Shown in pieces: positions 8,204-17,800 of a stretch of DNA of 47,714 nt; position 1 is the first letter of the stretch, and the number at the start of each line of letters is the position of its first letter. The position numbers and the translations under genes are program-made. The notes beneath the pieces are model-generated. The model ran no database searches. It saw nothing but the letters and a program-made list of their open reading frames with translations, and had not been told where the DNA came from. Origin of the DNA: a virus; the UHGV virus genome UHGV-1354603; one strand, given 5' to 3'.

Positions 8204-8670
8204 TGGATAGCTGGATGTTGTGGAGCGAACAGCGCCCTACGGATGCCAAGATAGTATACCGCTGGCGTATCCCCGCACAGGAGATTCTGGGGCTGGTTAT
8301 GCAGCCGGAATGGTCGGATAAAATCTTTTCCCCCCTATGCCAACCTGATATTTATTGTCCGAGTTGTGCGAAATGGGACGGGTGGAAATGGCATATACCC
8401 AAAGGACTAGAATGGCGCGTTGCGTCGCCGGATGAGCCGGAAGGGGAAAAGGGAGTCGTATGGGGCGGCCTTGACTTGCTTCCATGCCCATTCACCGGGA
8501 AACTTCCGACTGTAATCTATCATGGTCGATATATCGGGGCTCCACCATACCATGCTGAATGGATTGGCATAGCATCGCATATCATAAGGTCTATCGGATG
8601 GCATAGCGCCAAAGATATGCGCGACGCATGGAATATGAGGTATATACCCGAACCCCGAGAACCGAAGTAG
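8167..8670 (+). CDS. Hypothetical protein.
   Basis: ORF; terminator follows. Confidence 0.5.
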   Translation: MVPHTRTPREDMMDSWMLWSEQRPTDAKIVYRWRIPAQEILGLVMQPEWSDKIFSPLCQPDIYCPSCAKWDGWKWHIPKGLEWRVASPDEPEGEKGVVWGGLDLLPCPFTGKLPTVIYHGRYIGAPPYHAEWIGIASHIIRSIGWHSAKDMRDAWNMRYIPEPREPK

Positions 8671-8671
8671 C

Positions 8672-8697
8672 CCCGAAAGGGGCTTTTCCTTTTCTGG
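8672..8697 (+). terminator. Rho-independent terminator.
   Basis: gcccc-gaaa-ggggc + T-rich run. Confidence 0.45.
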
Positions 8698-8705
8698 AGG
8701 AGAAA

Positions 8706-9200
8706 ATGCGAAGACCCATCAACCCCGTAATACCGTACCCGCACGAGGCCATCCAGCACACCCGCTGTGTTCTGGCCCTGTCCATGATCACCGTGGCGAT
8801 TTCTTTCTTGAAGCCGGAAACGCTGGCCCTGCTTGGCGACCTCGGAAAGCAGGTCGAGAAGGTCAACCGCTGGATCGACCGATGCGCGGACGACACGCAG
8901 AAGCGCAGGCTGTCTGCTGGCGCAAAGCGAGATCTCGACAGGAGGTTCCATATCCTTGCCGGGCACGTCGGGGACATTCAGGCCGCTGCCGGCGACGCTT
9001 CCCGTTGGACGCAATGGGGCGCCGGGATGTGGGCCGGGCTGACCTTCCTTGAGGACTGCCGGAACACCTGCCCCGCCTACTTCCGGGGCCTTCACTGGCA
9101 CAACCTGCTCAAAACGCTGACCACGCTGTGCAATGCGCTCGAAAAGGTCGACCCGCAGATCGCTGAGATCGGGACGCGGGTGTACGAGCGGGCCGCGTAG
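8706..9200 (+). CDS. Hypothetical protein.
   Basis: GGAGGAG RBS before ATG 8706 within ORF 8628..9200. Confidence 0.5.
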   Translation: MRRPINPVIPYPHEAIQHTRCVLALSMITVAISFLKPETLALLGDLGKQVEKVNRWIDRCADDTQKRRLSAGAKRDLDRRFHILAGHVGDIQAAAGDASRWTQWGAGMWAGLTFLEDCRNTCPAYFRGLHWHNLLKTLTTLCNALEKVDPQIAEIGTRVYERAA

Positions 9201-9231
9201 ATGAAAACACCTTAAACGACAAGAGGCATAT

Positions 9232-10017
9232 ATGATCGAAATCGCTTTGAAGAACATCAACGGAAAGGACGTTCCCGCGGTGACCTCGTTGCAGGTGGCG
9301 GAGAGCTTTGAGAAGGAACACAAAAACGTGCTGCGGGATATTGAAGCAATCTTGCCGCAAGTACCTGAAAAGTTCGTAAAGCTCAATTTTGAGCTCTACG
9401 AGTATCCCATTGAAACGGGTATCGGAACACGAATGGCCAAGTCCTACCTTCTCAGCAAGGACGCCTTCACGCTCTTGACTATGGGCTACACAGGCGAAAA
9501 GGCTATGGCCTTCAAAGTTGCCTACATCGCCCGGTTCAACGAGATGGAAAAGGCCCTCCAAGCAAACGCCCCAACCTCTCTCCCAGAGGCATTACGCGCA
9601 TATGCCAACATGCTTGAAGAGAATGAGCTTATCCGCCGCCAACGGGACGAGGCCATCCGCACCAAAGCATGGATCAGCGACAAAAAGACAGCTACCGCGA
9701 TGGCCACCGCTTCCGTCGCCGTCCGTAAGGCCGCAGCCCTTGAGGACGAACTCGGACGCGGGAAGCGCTACAAGTCCGTAAAGGCCATTCCGTGGTTGCT
9801 GACTGAATTCGTTGAAAGCAAGGGGATGTATTCAGTCGTCGGGAAAGCCCTCAAGCGCATGTCTACCGATCTTGGTTACTCCATAGAGAAAATCGCCACC
9901 CCAGAATACCCGGAAGGTATCAACGCCTACCATGTGGACGTGATTTCCGCATTCCGGTGCGAGCTCGCTCAGAACCCCGGTATGCTCGACAGGTACAGAA
10001 AAAGGCGGGCCGCGTAG
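9232..10017 (+). CDS. Phage regulatory protein Rha (antirepressor-like).
   Basis: Rha N-terminal domain VTSLQVAESFEKEHKNVLRDIE... Confidence 0.7.
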   Translation: MIEIALKNINGKDVPAVTSLQVAESFEKEHKNVLRDIEAILPQVPEKFVKLNFELYEYPIETGIGTRMAKSYLLSKDAFTLLTMGYTGEKAMAFKVAYIARFNEMEKALQANAPTSLPEALRAYANMLEENELIRRQRDEAIRTKAWISDKKTATAMATASVAVRKAAALEDELGRGKRYKSVKAIPWLLTEFVESKGMYSVVGKALKRMSTDLGYSIEKIATPEYPEGINAYHVDVISAFRCELAQNPGMLDRYRKRRAA

Positions 10018-10028
10018 GAGGAAAGAAA

Positions 10029-10328
10029 ATGGAGCCAACACTTTTGACTACAGAACAGGCATCCGAACTCATGGGAATGGGGATTACACGTTCACTCAAT
10101 TTGCTACGCGCCTATGGCGTGCAACCTGTCGATCTAGGACGTGGACGCGGAAACGGCTTGCGCTGGCATCGTCGGGCCGTTATGACGGTGATCGACACAT
10201 TACATGCTGAGGCTCAGGCAAAGGCAGGAGTTCCAAGGCGACGAAGACAGACCAAAACATCAGGGTGCGTCATCGGAAAATCCGCCAAGGAACTTTTAGC
10301 AGAGTTCAATATGGGGGCCGTCCAGTAG
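10029..10328 (+). CDS. xis: Putative excisionase / AlpA-like DNA-binding protein.
   Basis: HTH + GLRWHRRAV pattern; strong RBS; immediately upstream of int. Confidence 0.5.
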   Translation: MEPTLLTTEQASELMGMGITRSLNLLRAYGVQPVDLGRGRGNGLRWHRRAVMTVIDTLHAEAQAKAGVPRRRRQTKTSGCVIGKSAKELLAEFNMGAVQ

Positions 10329-10366
10329 CAGCTGGAGCGGCCTCCTTTGCTCAGGAGCTATTCAGT

Positions 10367-11461
10367 ATGGCTATCAGACAGAGGAAAGGCCGTAGAAAGC
10401 CGTGGGAAGTGTACTGGAACAACCCGTTCACCCTCAAGCGAGAATCACTTTACGTCGAAACGGAGGAGGAAGCAAAGAAGCAAGATGCCCTCAAGAAGTA
10501 TCAGCTTAAGTATGAAAGAGATTCATTCCGTAAGGACGAAGTTTCTGAGACGAATCAGGAACACACATTTGAGTCCGTATATTATTTATTTCTAAAAGAA
10601 AAACACTTTTCGGAAAAGGCATTAAACAGACATTTGGCAAATATGAAACCGGCTATGCCATTCATGTGTGATATACCCATTCATGAGATTGATAGTACAA
10701 AACTTAAAACCCTCGTCGAGTATTTTCTATCACGCAGAATCAAAACAGCAACTATCAGGCGTTATATAAGTCCGGTTATTTCCATAATTAGATGGGCATA
10801 TCAAAATGAACTCATCAGAGAAATGCCAAGAATCCCAACTTTGCCGCATGTTGAATATGAACATTTTGTACCACCGACACAACATGAAATTGCCTTGATA
10901 TTCGCACACGCCAATGAGCATGTGCGGCGCGTGATCATACTTGGTTCACAAATGGGTATTAGAGTAGGTCCATCAGAGCTTTTCAGTTTAAAATGGTCCG
11001 ATGTAGACATTGAAAATAGTGTGATTCATCTACATGCTGCAAAGAAAAATAGAAAAGAACCCATCCGTGATATCCCGATAAGAAAAACATTGATAGATGA
11101 ATTGCGGTCGTGGCGTGATGCTGATAAAGAATTAGGAGTCAATCAAGTTATCCATTTCAGAGGAAAGCCCATTAGAACCATACATGAGGGTTGGAAAGCC
11201 GCTCTCAGGCGTGCTGGAATATCAAGAAAGATACGTCCCTACGATCTAAGACATGCCTTTGCTACCGAAGCTATCGCCGCAGGTGCAGACATCGGGACGG
11301 TTGCAAAGCTCATGGGGCACGCCAGCCTTACAATGGTTTTGAAACACTATCAGCACGTCCTCAACTCTCAAAAAATTGCCGCAATTGAGGCTATCCCTGA
11401 ACCTAAATATGTGGCAGAAAATATGTGGCAACTTAAAGATGGATGTTCAGTTCGTCAATAA
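10367..11461 (+). CDS. int: Tyrosine integrase.
   Basis: R...HxxR...Y catalytic box: IRPYDLRHAFAT...GHASLTMVLKHYQHV. Confidence 0.9.
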   Translation: MAIRQRKGRRKPWEVYWNNPFTLKRESLYVETEEEAKKQDALKKYQLKYERDSFRKDEVSETNQEHTFESVYYLFLKEKHFSEKALNRHLANMKPAMPFMCDIPIHEIDSTKLKTLVEYFLSRRIKTATIRRYISPVISIIRWAYQNELIREMPRIPTLPHVEYEHFVPPTQHEIALIFAHANEHVRRVIILGSQMGIRVGPSELFSLKWSDVDIENSVIHLHAAKKNRKEPIRDIPIRKTLIDELRSWRDADKELGVNQVIHFRGKPIRTIHEGWKAALRRAGISRKIRPYDLRHAFATEAIAAGADIGTVAKLMGHASLTMVLKHYQHVLNSQKIAAIEAIPEPKYVAENMWQLKDGCSVRQ

Positions 11462-11675
11462 CCAATGGTTAACAAACAACTTTTACACACTGTTGTTTTA
11501 AGCATGATTCCCATGTACAGGGCATTGTTTACATATTAACATATAGAATTTATTATATTAAGCCTCAGCAAAATGTGTCAAAATGTGGCAAAACTACTCT
11601 AAATATGTGTCAGAATATGTGTCCAAAAAAATACCCCTCCTCGGTTCGCGCCGGGAGGGGGATTTTTTTGTGTCT
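11462..11675. other. Putative attP region.
   Basis: AT-rich segment between convergent int and tail genes, with repeated AAATGTGTCA-like motifs at 11571, 11581, 11601 and 11613. Confidence 0.4.
11634..11669. terminator. Bidirectional rho-independent terminator.
   Basis: cccctcc-tcggttcgcgccgg-gagggg with an A-run upstream and a T7 run downstream. Confidence 0.6.
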
Positions 11676-11906
11676 TCAATCAGACTTTTTCGCCACGAAT
11701 CGGATCTCATCTCGGTGCTCAGGCAGCCACCTGCATTTGTTCAGGCACCACCACGGAGTGATGATGAACCGACCATCAGCTTTCGCTTTCCTGTCGGGAT
11801 GAGCACCCGACACGGCACAGTCCAGAGAACACAGCATCAGGGCTTGAACGCGCTCACCGTGTGGGCAACGCAAGTTTTCCTCTTCTTCGGGCATGGGTAG
11901 TGGCAT
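11676..11906 (-). CDS. Cys-rich hypothetical protein; last gene of the late operon.
   Basis: AAGGAGGAA RBS 6 nt before the ATG. Confidence 0.45.
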   Translation of the reverse strand: MPLPMPEEEENLRCPHGERVQALMLCSLDCAVSGAHPDRKAKADGRFIITPWWCLNKCRWLPEHRDEIRFVAKKSD

Positions 11907-11958
11907 GACCTTCCTCCTTGTTTCTAAAGAGTCTAGCCATGCCTACGATTTTTGCAAA

Positions 11959-12405
11959 TTACGGCTCTACAGGCCACGGACACGCCGGATCATCCGGCCC
12001 ATTCCACGGAAATCCCGGCTGTTGCGGCAAATCGCGGAGCGCTTGCCGATATGCCTTGATCTCTTCAAGCTTGTCAGTATCAAGCGGATAGTCTGGTATG
12101 ACAAGATAATCTGTTGCAATAATGCGCCTGTCACGCTCGGCGCGTACGCTAGCCGCGAGGTCTTCGACTGTCGGTACATAAGCCACATACGGCGGCTCTT
12201 CGGTCACGCATTCCGGGCATTGCTCAGTGCGCCGCAAAACAGCGGCGTACAGATCCGCGTACTCCGACATATCTTTTGTTACGCAAAACGGGCACCACTC
12301 ATCGTCGAGCAGTACTGAGACGACAAGCGAACCGTCACGCTCGCGATGAATGATGGTTGTAACGTCAAACTCATATCCGTTGCATTTCATTCTTGTATCC
12401 ATCAC
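11959..12405 (-). CDS. Tail fiber assembly protein (DUF4376-like C-terminus).
   Basis: C-terminus EIKAYRQALRDLPQQPGFPW...P. Confidence 0.55.
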   Translation of the reverse strand: MMDTRMKCNGYEFDVTTIIHRERDGSLVVSVLLDDEWCPFCVTKDMSEYADLYAAVLRRTEQCPECVTEEPPYVAYVPTVEDLAASVRAERDRRIIATDYLVIPDYPLDTDKLEEIKAYRQALRDLPQQPGFPWNGPDDPACPWPVEP

Positions 12406-13955
12406 GCTGTCCTCACATAAAGACCATATTGGAGTGCTCCCGTCGGGTTCGTCACGACATCACCACCCGACTTGACCCCGCAGAAAAAAAGGTCTCCGGA
12501 CTGCGCCGGACATGTGAACCCTTTCCAAGTTCCCGCGGATGGCAAATACTGTGGATGGTTCCCGGTGAAAGCGACGACGCCTTTACATATAGACGACACT
12601 GTTGCTTCCCCGACGACGACTTTATTGGGAAGAATGGGATAGAGGCCCGTGCCCTCTGGATTTGCTCCGAGCAAGTAAGTTACCGCATCTTGTGCAGACC
12701 ATAAGAGCTTTGCCTGAACGCCGCCGAATGTTCCGTTCAAGAGCAATGCCTGTGCTGCGGGACATTGCCCGTCAGTTCTCCCGGTACCGCCATTGGTCAA
12801 AGGAAGGGTTCCGGTTGCGTCGTCAAGCGTTTTCGAGACTTTTTGGCGCGCCTCGTTAAGAGCTTCCGTTCCCCGGGCGTATGCAACCTTGGCCGCCGTT
12901 GCCGAGGCCGCCGTCGTCGAGTCCGCCAAGTTCACGCTGTCCGAAATCTTCGTGAGCGCTGGCTTGTACTCCCCGCCTCCGGTCAAAAAGCTTTCCTGCT
13001 GCCCGGAGGTTGCGGGCGGCACAAGTCCACTCGTTCCGGCTACCGATGCCGTCGCGCCCTCGTATTCGGGAACTGAAAGAATACCGTTATTGGATATAAT
13101 TCCATCCCCAATTTGTTCTTCCGTAATCAGGCGATTATACCCAGAAAATAAATTTGGTCGTGCTGTTTCATTAATGTAGCTACTGATAGCGGCACGAACA
13201 ATCTCGCTGCGTCCACTCGACAGCAGGAGAGAAGCCCTGTAATTGGGTACACCAGTAATTATCTCGCTGTATGGACCTATGAAGGGTGCATTTGAAGAAC
13301 CTAGGTATGCCGACCTATATAGACCCGTTTTGTCAGAAAGCATTCCCGTAGAATAATCATGCGGCGGTACTAATGCAGCATTCCCAACCTGCCCCCGCGC
13401 ACTCGCAAGATCCTCAAGGTCTCCCCCAATCGCCACGTCCTTCACGGTGATCGCGCCGTCCGCAGCAGCCTGCGTGGTCTTCCCGTCGACCTTCGCCAGC
13501 CCTGCGCGGCTTTCCGACGCATACCCGACATTAGCGAGATCCTGCGCCTCGTCGCGGGCCGCTTCCGCCGCTATGCGGGCGGATTCGGCGGATTCGGCGG
13601 AAAGGGCCGCCGCGTTCTTTGAGGCAAGGGCATTCGTCTCGCTGACTTTCGCGGTGTCTTCCGAAACCTTTGCGGCCCCCGCCGAGCCCGAGGCTTCACC
13701 CGCCTTCCTTTTCGCCACCTCTTCCGAGTCGTGGGCGTTCCGTTCGCTCAGAGCCGCCGCGTCGACGCTGGCGTTCACATCCACAGCAAATTCGTTCAGC
13801 GCGGGGATCAGCGTCTTATTCAGATCATCGTTGACCATCTTCTTCTGCGCTTTCAGGCTGTTGAACGTCAGCACGTCAAACCGTTCCTGATCGCCCACAA
13901 GTCTGTCCGGCGGTTCCGGGAGATCCGAAATCTTGGGAAGCTGCTTTACTGCCAT
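12402..13955 (-). CDS. Tail fiber protein.
   Basis: Ala/Ser-rich repetitive N-terminal shaft, Gly-rich C-terminal domain; position after the tape measure and tip protein. Confidence 0.65.
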   Translation of the reverse strand: MAVKQLPKISDLPEPPDRLVGDQERFDVLTFNSLKAQKKMVNDDLNKTLIPALNEFAVDVNASVDAAALSERNAHDSEEVAKRKAGEASGSAGAAKVSEDTAKVSETNALASKNAAALSAESAESARIAAEAARDEAQDLANVGYASESRAGLAKVDGKTTQAAADGAITVKDVAIGGDLEDLASARGQVGNAALVPPHDYSTGMLSDKTGLYRSAYLGSSNAPFIGPYSEIITGVPNYRASLLLSSGRSEIVRAAISSYINETARPNLFSGYNRLITEEQIGDGIISNNGILSVPEYEGATASVAGTSGLVPPATSGQQESFLTGGGEYKPALTKISDSVNLADSTTAASATAAKVAYARGTEALNEARQKVSKTLDDATGTLPLTNGGTGRTDGQCPAAQALLLNGTFGGVQAKLLWSAQDAVTYLLGANPEGTGLYPILPNKVVVGEATVSSICKGVVAFTGNHPQYLPSAGTWKGFTCPAQSGDLFFCGVKSGGDVVTNPTGALQYGLYVRTA

Positions 13956-14854
13956 TACTTCAACCCCTGTACGTCAATGTTCATGCTCACTTCATTCGGC
14001 CCGATGATGGTTGCGCTCCAGTCCTCAAGCCAGCCCCAGACAGTCAGCGACTGGTAGGAGCCGATGCCCTCGTTGTCGTCCCCGAGCCAGAGCGCGGGAA
14101 GGCCGTGCATCCGGGCGAGGATTTCCCGCACGCTGTCCAGCCGGGACGGGTGCAGGTACAAGGGCAGGCTCGTGCGCTTGGCGTTGGCCCGCTTAACCAG
14201 CCGCGTGTTGCCGAACTCGTCGGTGTCCTTTCTGGAATAGTCCCGGATGCCGAGCCGGGTATTGTACTGCGTCGTACCGATAGGCCACGCCTGCCCCGCG
14301 ATGACCTGCCCGAGCGCCGGGCCTCCCTCCTGCGTGAGCGTGACCTCAAGCGTCGCCACGGGAGAGACGGGAATGTTTGTCACGGCCTGATCCACGATGC
14401 GCTCAAGGGGCAGGAAGTAGTATTTCCAGTAGCCGTCCACGTCTTTCAGCGTATTCACCGTGCGGTCGTACATGACGAGGCCGTCGCCGTCCTTCACCAC
14501 GGCCCGGATGCTGGTAGCCTTGAAGTTCAGGAGTGCGAACGCCGTACAGCGGTTGAACGTCACCGTAAACGTCAGCGTCTCGGCGTCCATCGGGGCGACG
14601 GTCTGCGTTGAGACATACTGATCGAGCATTGCGTAACGGTTCGTCGGCCCCATGAGCCGCCACGCCGCATCCGTCCCTTCGCAATTCTGGTCAGGCCGCT
14701 TGCCCGTGCTGGCGGTCACGGCCTTGTAGACCCTATGCTCATGGATGACGGAATCCCCGATCTCATAGGCTGTGCCCGCGTTCCACGCCGGGGCGTCGTT
14801 TTCCGGCACGGTGCTGGACAGCAACCGGATGGCCTGCGGCTCTATGAGCTTCAT
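13955..14854 (-). CDS. Putative tail tip / distal tail protein.
   Basis: Start MKLIEPQ overlaps the tape-measure stop (ATGA); lies between the tape measure and the fiber. Confidence 0.4.
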   Translation of the reverse strand: MKLIEPQAIRLLSSTVPENDAPAWNAGTAYEIGDSVIHEHRVYKAVTASTGKRPDQNCEGTDAAWRLMGPTNRYAMLDQYVSTQTVAPMDAETLTFTVTFNRCTAFALLNFKATSIRAVVKDGDGLVMYDRTVNTLKDVDGYWKYYFLPLERIVDQAVTNIPVSPVATLEVTLTQEGGPALGQVIAGQAWPIGTTQYNTRLGIRDYSRKDTDEFGNTRLVKRANAKRTSLPLYLHPSRLDSVREILARMHGLPALWLGDDNEGIGSYQSLTVWGWLEDWSATIIGPNEVSMNIDVQGLK

Positions 14855-17800
14855 GCCCGCACCCCCGGCATCCCCTCGGCGTCCCACGCTTCAACCATGT
14901 CGGACGTGCGGCGGGAAAATCTGGCGATCTCGGACATGGAAATGAGCATGTCCCGGCGAAGCTGGTAGACTTCCCGCCGCAACGCCTTGACCTCCGCATC
15001 GCTTCCCGAATCGGTGTCAGCCGCCCGGGGCGTCACGCTGCGGAACAGCGCCGCCGTATCCGCCGCCGTGTAGACGCGCCCCGGCTGCGAGAAGTTCACA
15101 AGCTCCGGCCCTTCCTCGCCCACAAGGGACCATCCCGGCAGGGCAAGCCCGCCCCGGGCGAACGCCTTCACTCCGGCCTTGTCGCCGGCCGCATCCAAAA
15201 GCGGCTTCAACTCGGCAATCTGCTTCTCGATTTCCTCAAGCGTCGCGCTCTGGCCCTGAAGCTGCTTGAGCGCCGCGTTCTGGACATCAAGCTGGCCTTG
15301 CAGCGCTTCAAGTTGCTTGTCGGCTGCGGACACCTGCGCACCCGTCGCGTCCTGCGCGGACTTCAACTGTGCGTTCACCGCCCAGAAAGCGTCGAGGTAT
15401 TCTTCTTCCGTCCCCGCCGTCTGCTTCACCAGATCGAGCAGGGAATTGCCCACGCCCGCAAGCTGGCCCGCCGCCTCGGAGTCGCCGCCAAGCGCAAGCC
15501 CGGACAGCCGCCGGAATTCGGCCTGCACCGTTCCGAGGCGGTTCTCCGCGTCGAGGTTGGCGCTCCCGGCAAACAGGTTGTACCGGGATTGACCAAGGCT
15601 CTTGTCGAGCCCTTCCCATGTGCTCTTGAGCGTCTTTGCGGCGGAAAGCTGTTCGTTGATGGCGTTGATCTGCTCCTGTATCGCCTGTTGCTGAAGCTGG
15701 ACCCGCTGCTGTTCCAGCGCGTCCATCTGCGCCTTGAGCGAATCGTATTTTGACTTCGCAGCGTCCTGCGCGGCCTTCGCCGTCTCCGCCGCGTGGAGCT
15801 TCAACAGTTCCGCCACCTGCGCGGAGCCTTCCCCGAACTGTTGGATCGTCTCGCGCAGCTCGTTGGCCTGTGAGATAGCCCGGCCCACCTCGTCGGCATT
15901 GCCGTTCACCGCCGCCCACCGTTGCGCGACGGACTGGTCGAACGAGCGCAGCATTTCCTCCGTGGCCTGTTTCACCACCTCCGCGCGCATGGCCTCGACC
16001 TGCGCAAGCTGCGATTCCGTGGCCCCGATGATCTCAAGCGCCTTCTTGCGCTGGTCCACGGCCTCGTTCGCCGCCTTCACCGCCTGCGCGTAGGCCGAAA
16101 GCGGGTGCAAGGACTCGTCCAGCGTCTTGATGTAGTCGTTGATGAAGGCGTTCCGGTACTCATTGATGAGCCCCGCCGCGTACTGCGCGTTCACGCCGGA
16201 ATCCTTCATGCCCTGCGTCCATGCGTCGAGCTGCGCCTTGGCGGACTGCGCCTGTTGCTCCATCTCGGACAGCGGGCTCTTGATCGCGTCGGTCGCGCTC
16301 TTCACCGCGCTGATTGCGGAAAGCGCCGTGGACGCCTTCTGCAACCCCTCGTCGGTGGTGACGTCGAACGAACTGAAGAACTGCGAAATGCCCGCGTTCG
16401 AAAAAACCTGCTGCGCCACGGCGGTCATCCGATTGCGCATGTCCTTGGCGGCTTCCTCGAGATCTTCCTCGGCCATGCCCTCTTTCCACCACTGGAAGTT
16501 CCACGAGGCGTCGGAGATGCCCCGCCCGGCGGACCATGTGGAAGTTTCCAGACCGGACAGCGCGTTCTGGCGGATCTGCTCAGGCAGCGCCCCGGCAATA
16601 TCCAGAAGGCTCCCGGCGGTCTGGCTGGCGACTTGGGCAATCCCCTGCGCGAACGGCGCGGCCTCGGACTTCCCGGCCCGGTCATACCAGGCCCCGCCCA
16701 TAAAGGCGTCGATGTACGTCTGTTGGTCCCGCGAGAAGCCTACATCCTCCATCTTGCCGTACACGCTGGCGTGCGTCCGCCGACCGCCCCCGAAGAGGGA
16801 ACCGATAGAACCGCCAAAGATGGAACCCAGTGCAGCAAGGCCGCCAGCAACCCACCCCGCAGGGTTCCAGAAGTTTGTCGCCGCCATTGTGCCGAGCACG
16901 GCTGTGGTGCCAAGGCCGCCGACCATAGAACCAATCTGCGAACCCTTGTTGTTCTGCAATCCAAGGAGATTGTTGACATATGGGCTTACAAAAGAGCCAA
17001 TGGACGCGCCTAACGCCGGAGCGCCAAAAGCAGAAGTGAAGGTTCCCGGCGCGGGGGTGGCCGCTGGAGCTGTCCCCGTCACGCCAGCCTTTAAAAGCTC
17101 TGTACCCGCCGCTTCCATGTATCCTGATGTCGTCGAGAACAGGCTTGGAGCGGCCCACGCTGCGGCTTTGTTTATCGCCCCGGTGACGCTTCCGCCGGGG
17201 AGAAACGACGTGCCCATAGACAACAGATCCATGATGCCGCCGGAACCGGAACCACCGGATCCCCCCGCCGCCTGCGCCACGCCGCCCGTGCCGAGCATAC
17301 CGGACACCACACCAGCAATCTGAACCGTGATGGGCCGGGTGATGGCCATATGCATCAAATCGGCAAGGAACGACGCGAACAGCGACTTGAATGAAGACAG
17401 GGACACCTTGCCCGTCTCGATCATCTGCTCCCATGCCGATTTCCAGCCGGAATCCATGCCGGAATAGAGCGAGGAAAAGGCTTCCTCAGCCCCCTTCGCC
17501 GCATCGGTCGCATCGGCCCGGTACTGGAGGAACGCCCGTTGCGCGCCGTCCGCCCAATCGTGGGAGTTCATCAAATCCTTGTACTGCCGCCACGTCTGGA
17601 TGAGGTTTTCCGGGATGTCCGCGTCACGGAAGATTTCCATCTGCTCATCAAGCAGACGGTTCTGCACTTCAAGGGACAGGCCGAACGCCCCGGACATTTC
17701 CTCAAGCTCCTTATAGAAGGAAAGCTTTTCCTGAAGGTGTTCGTTCTGCTCCTTACTGGCCCGCTCGGCCTTGCGGAGAGCCTTTTCATGCTCCGTCTCG

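Noticed and set aside
12793-14611. ORFs on the + strand within the tail fiber and tail tip genes (12793..13179, 13447..13890, 14105..14611).
   Set aside because: Antisense to well-supported structural genes; Ala/Arg/Ser-rich low-complexity products.
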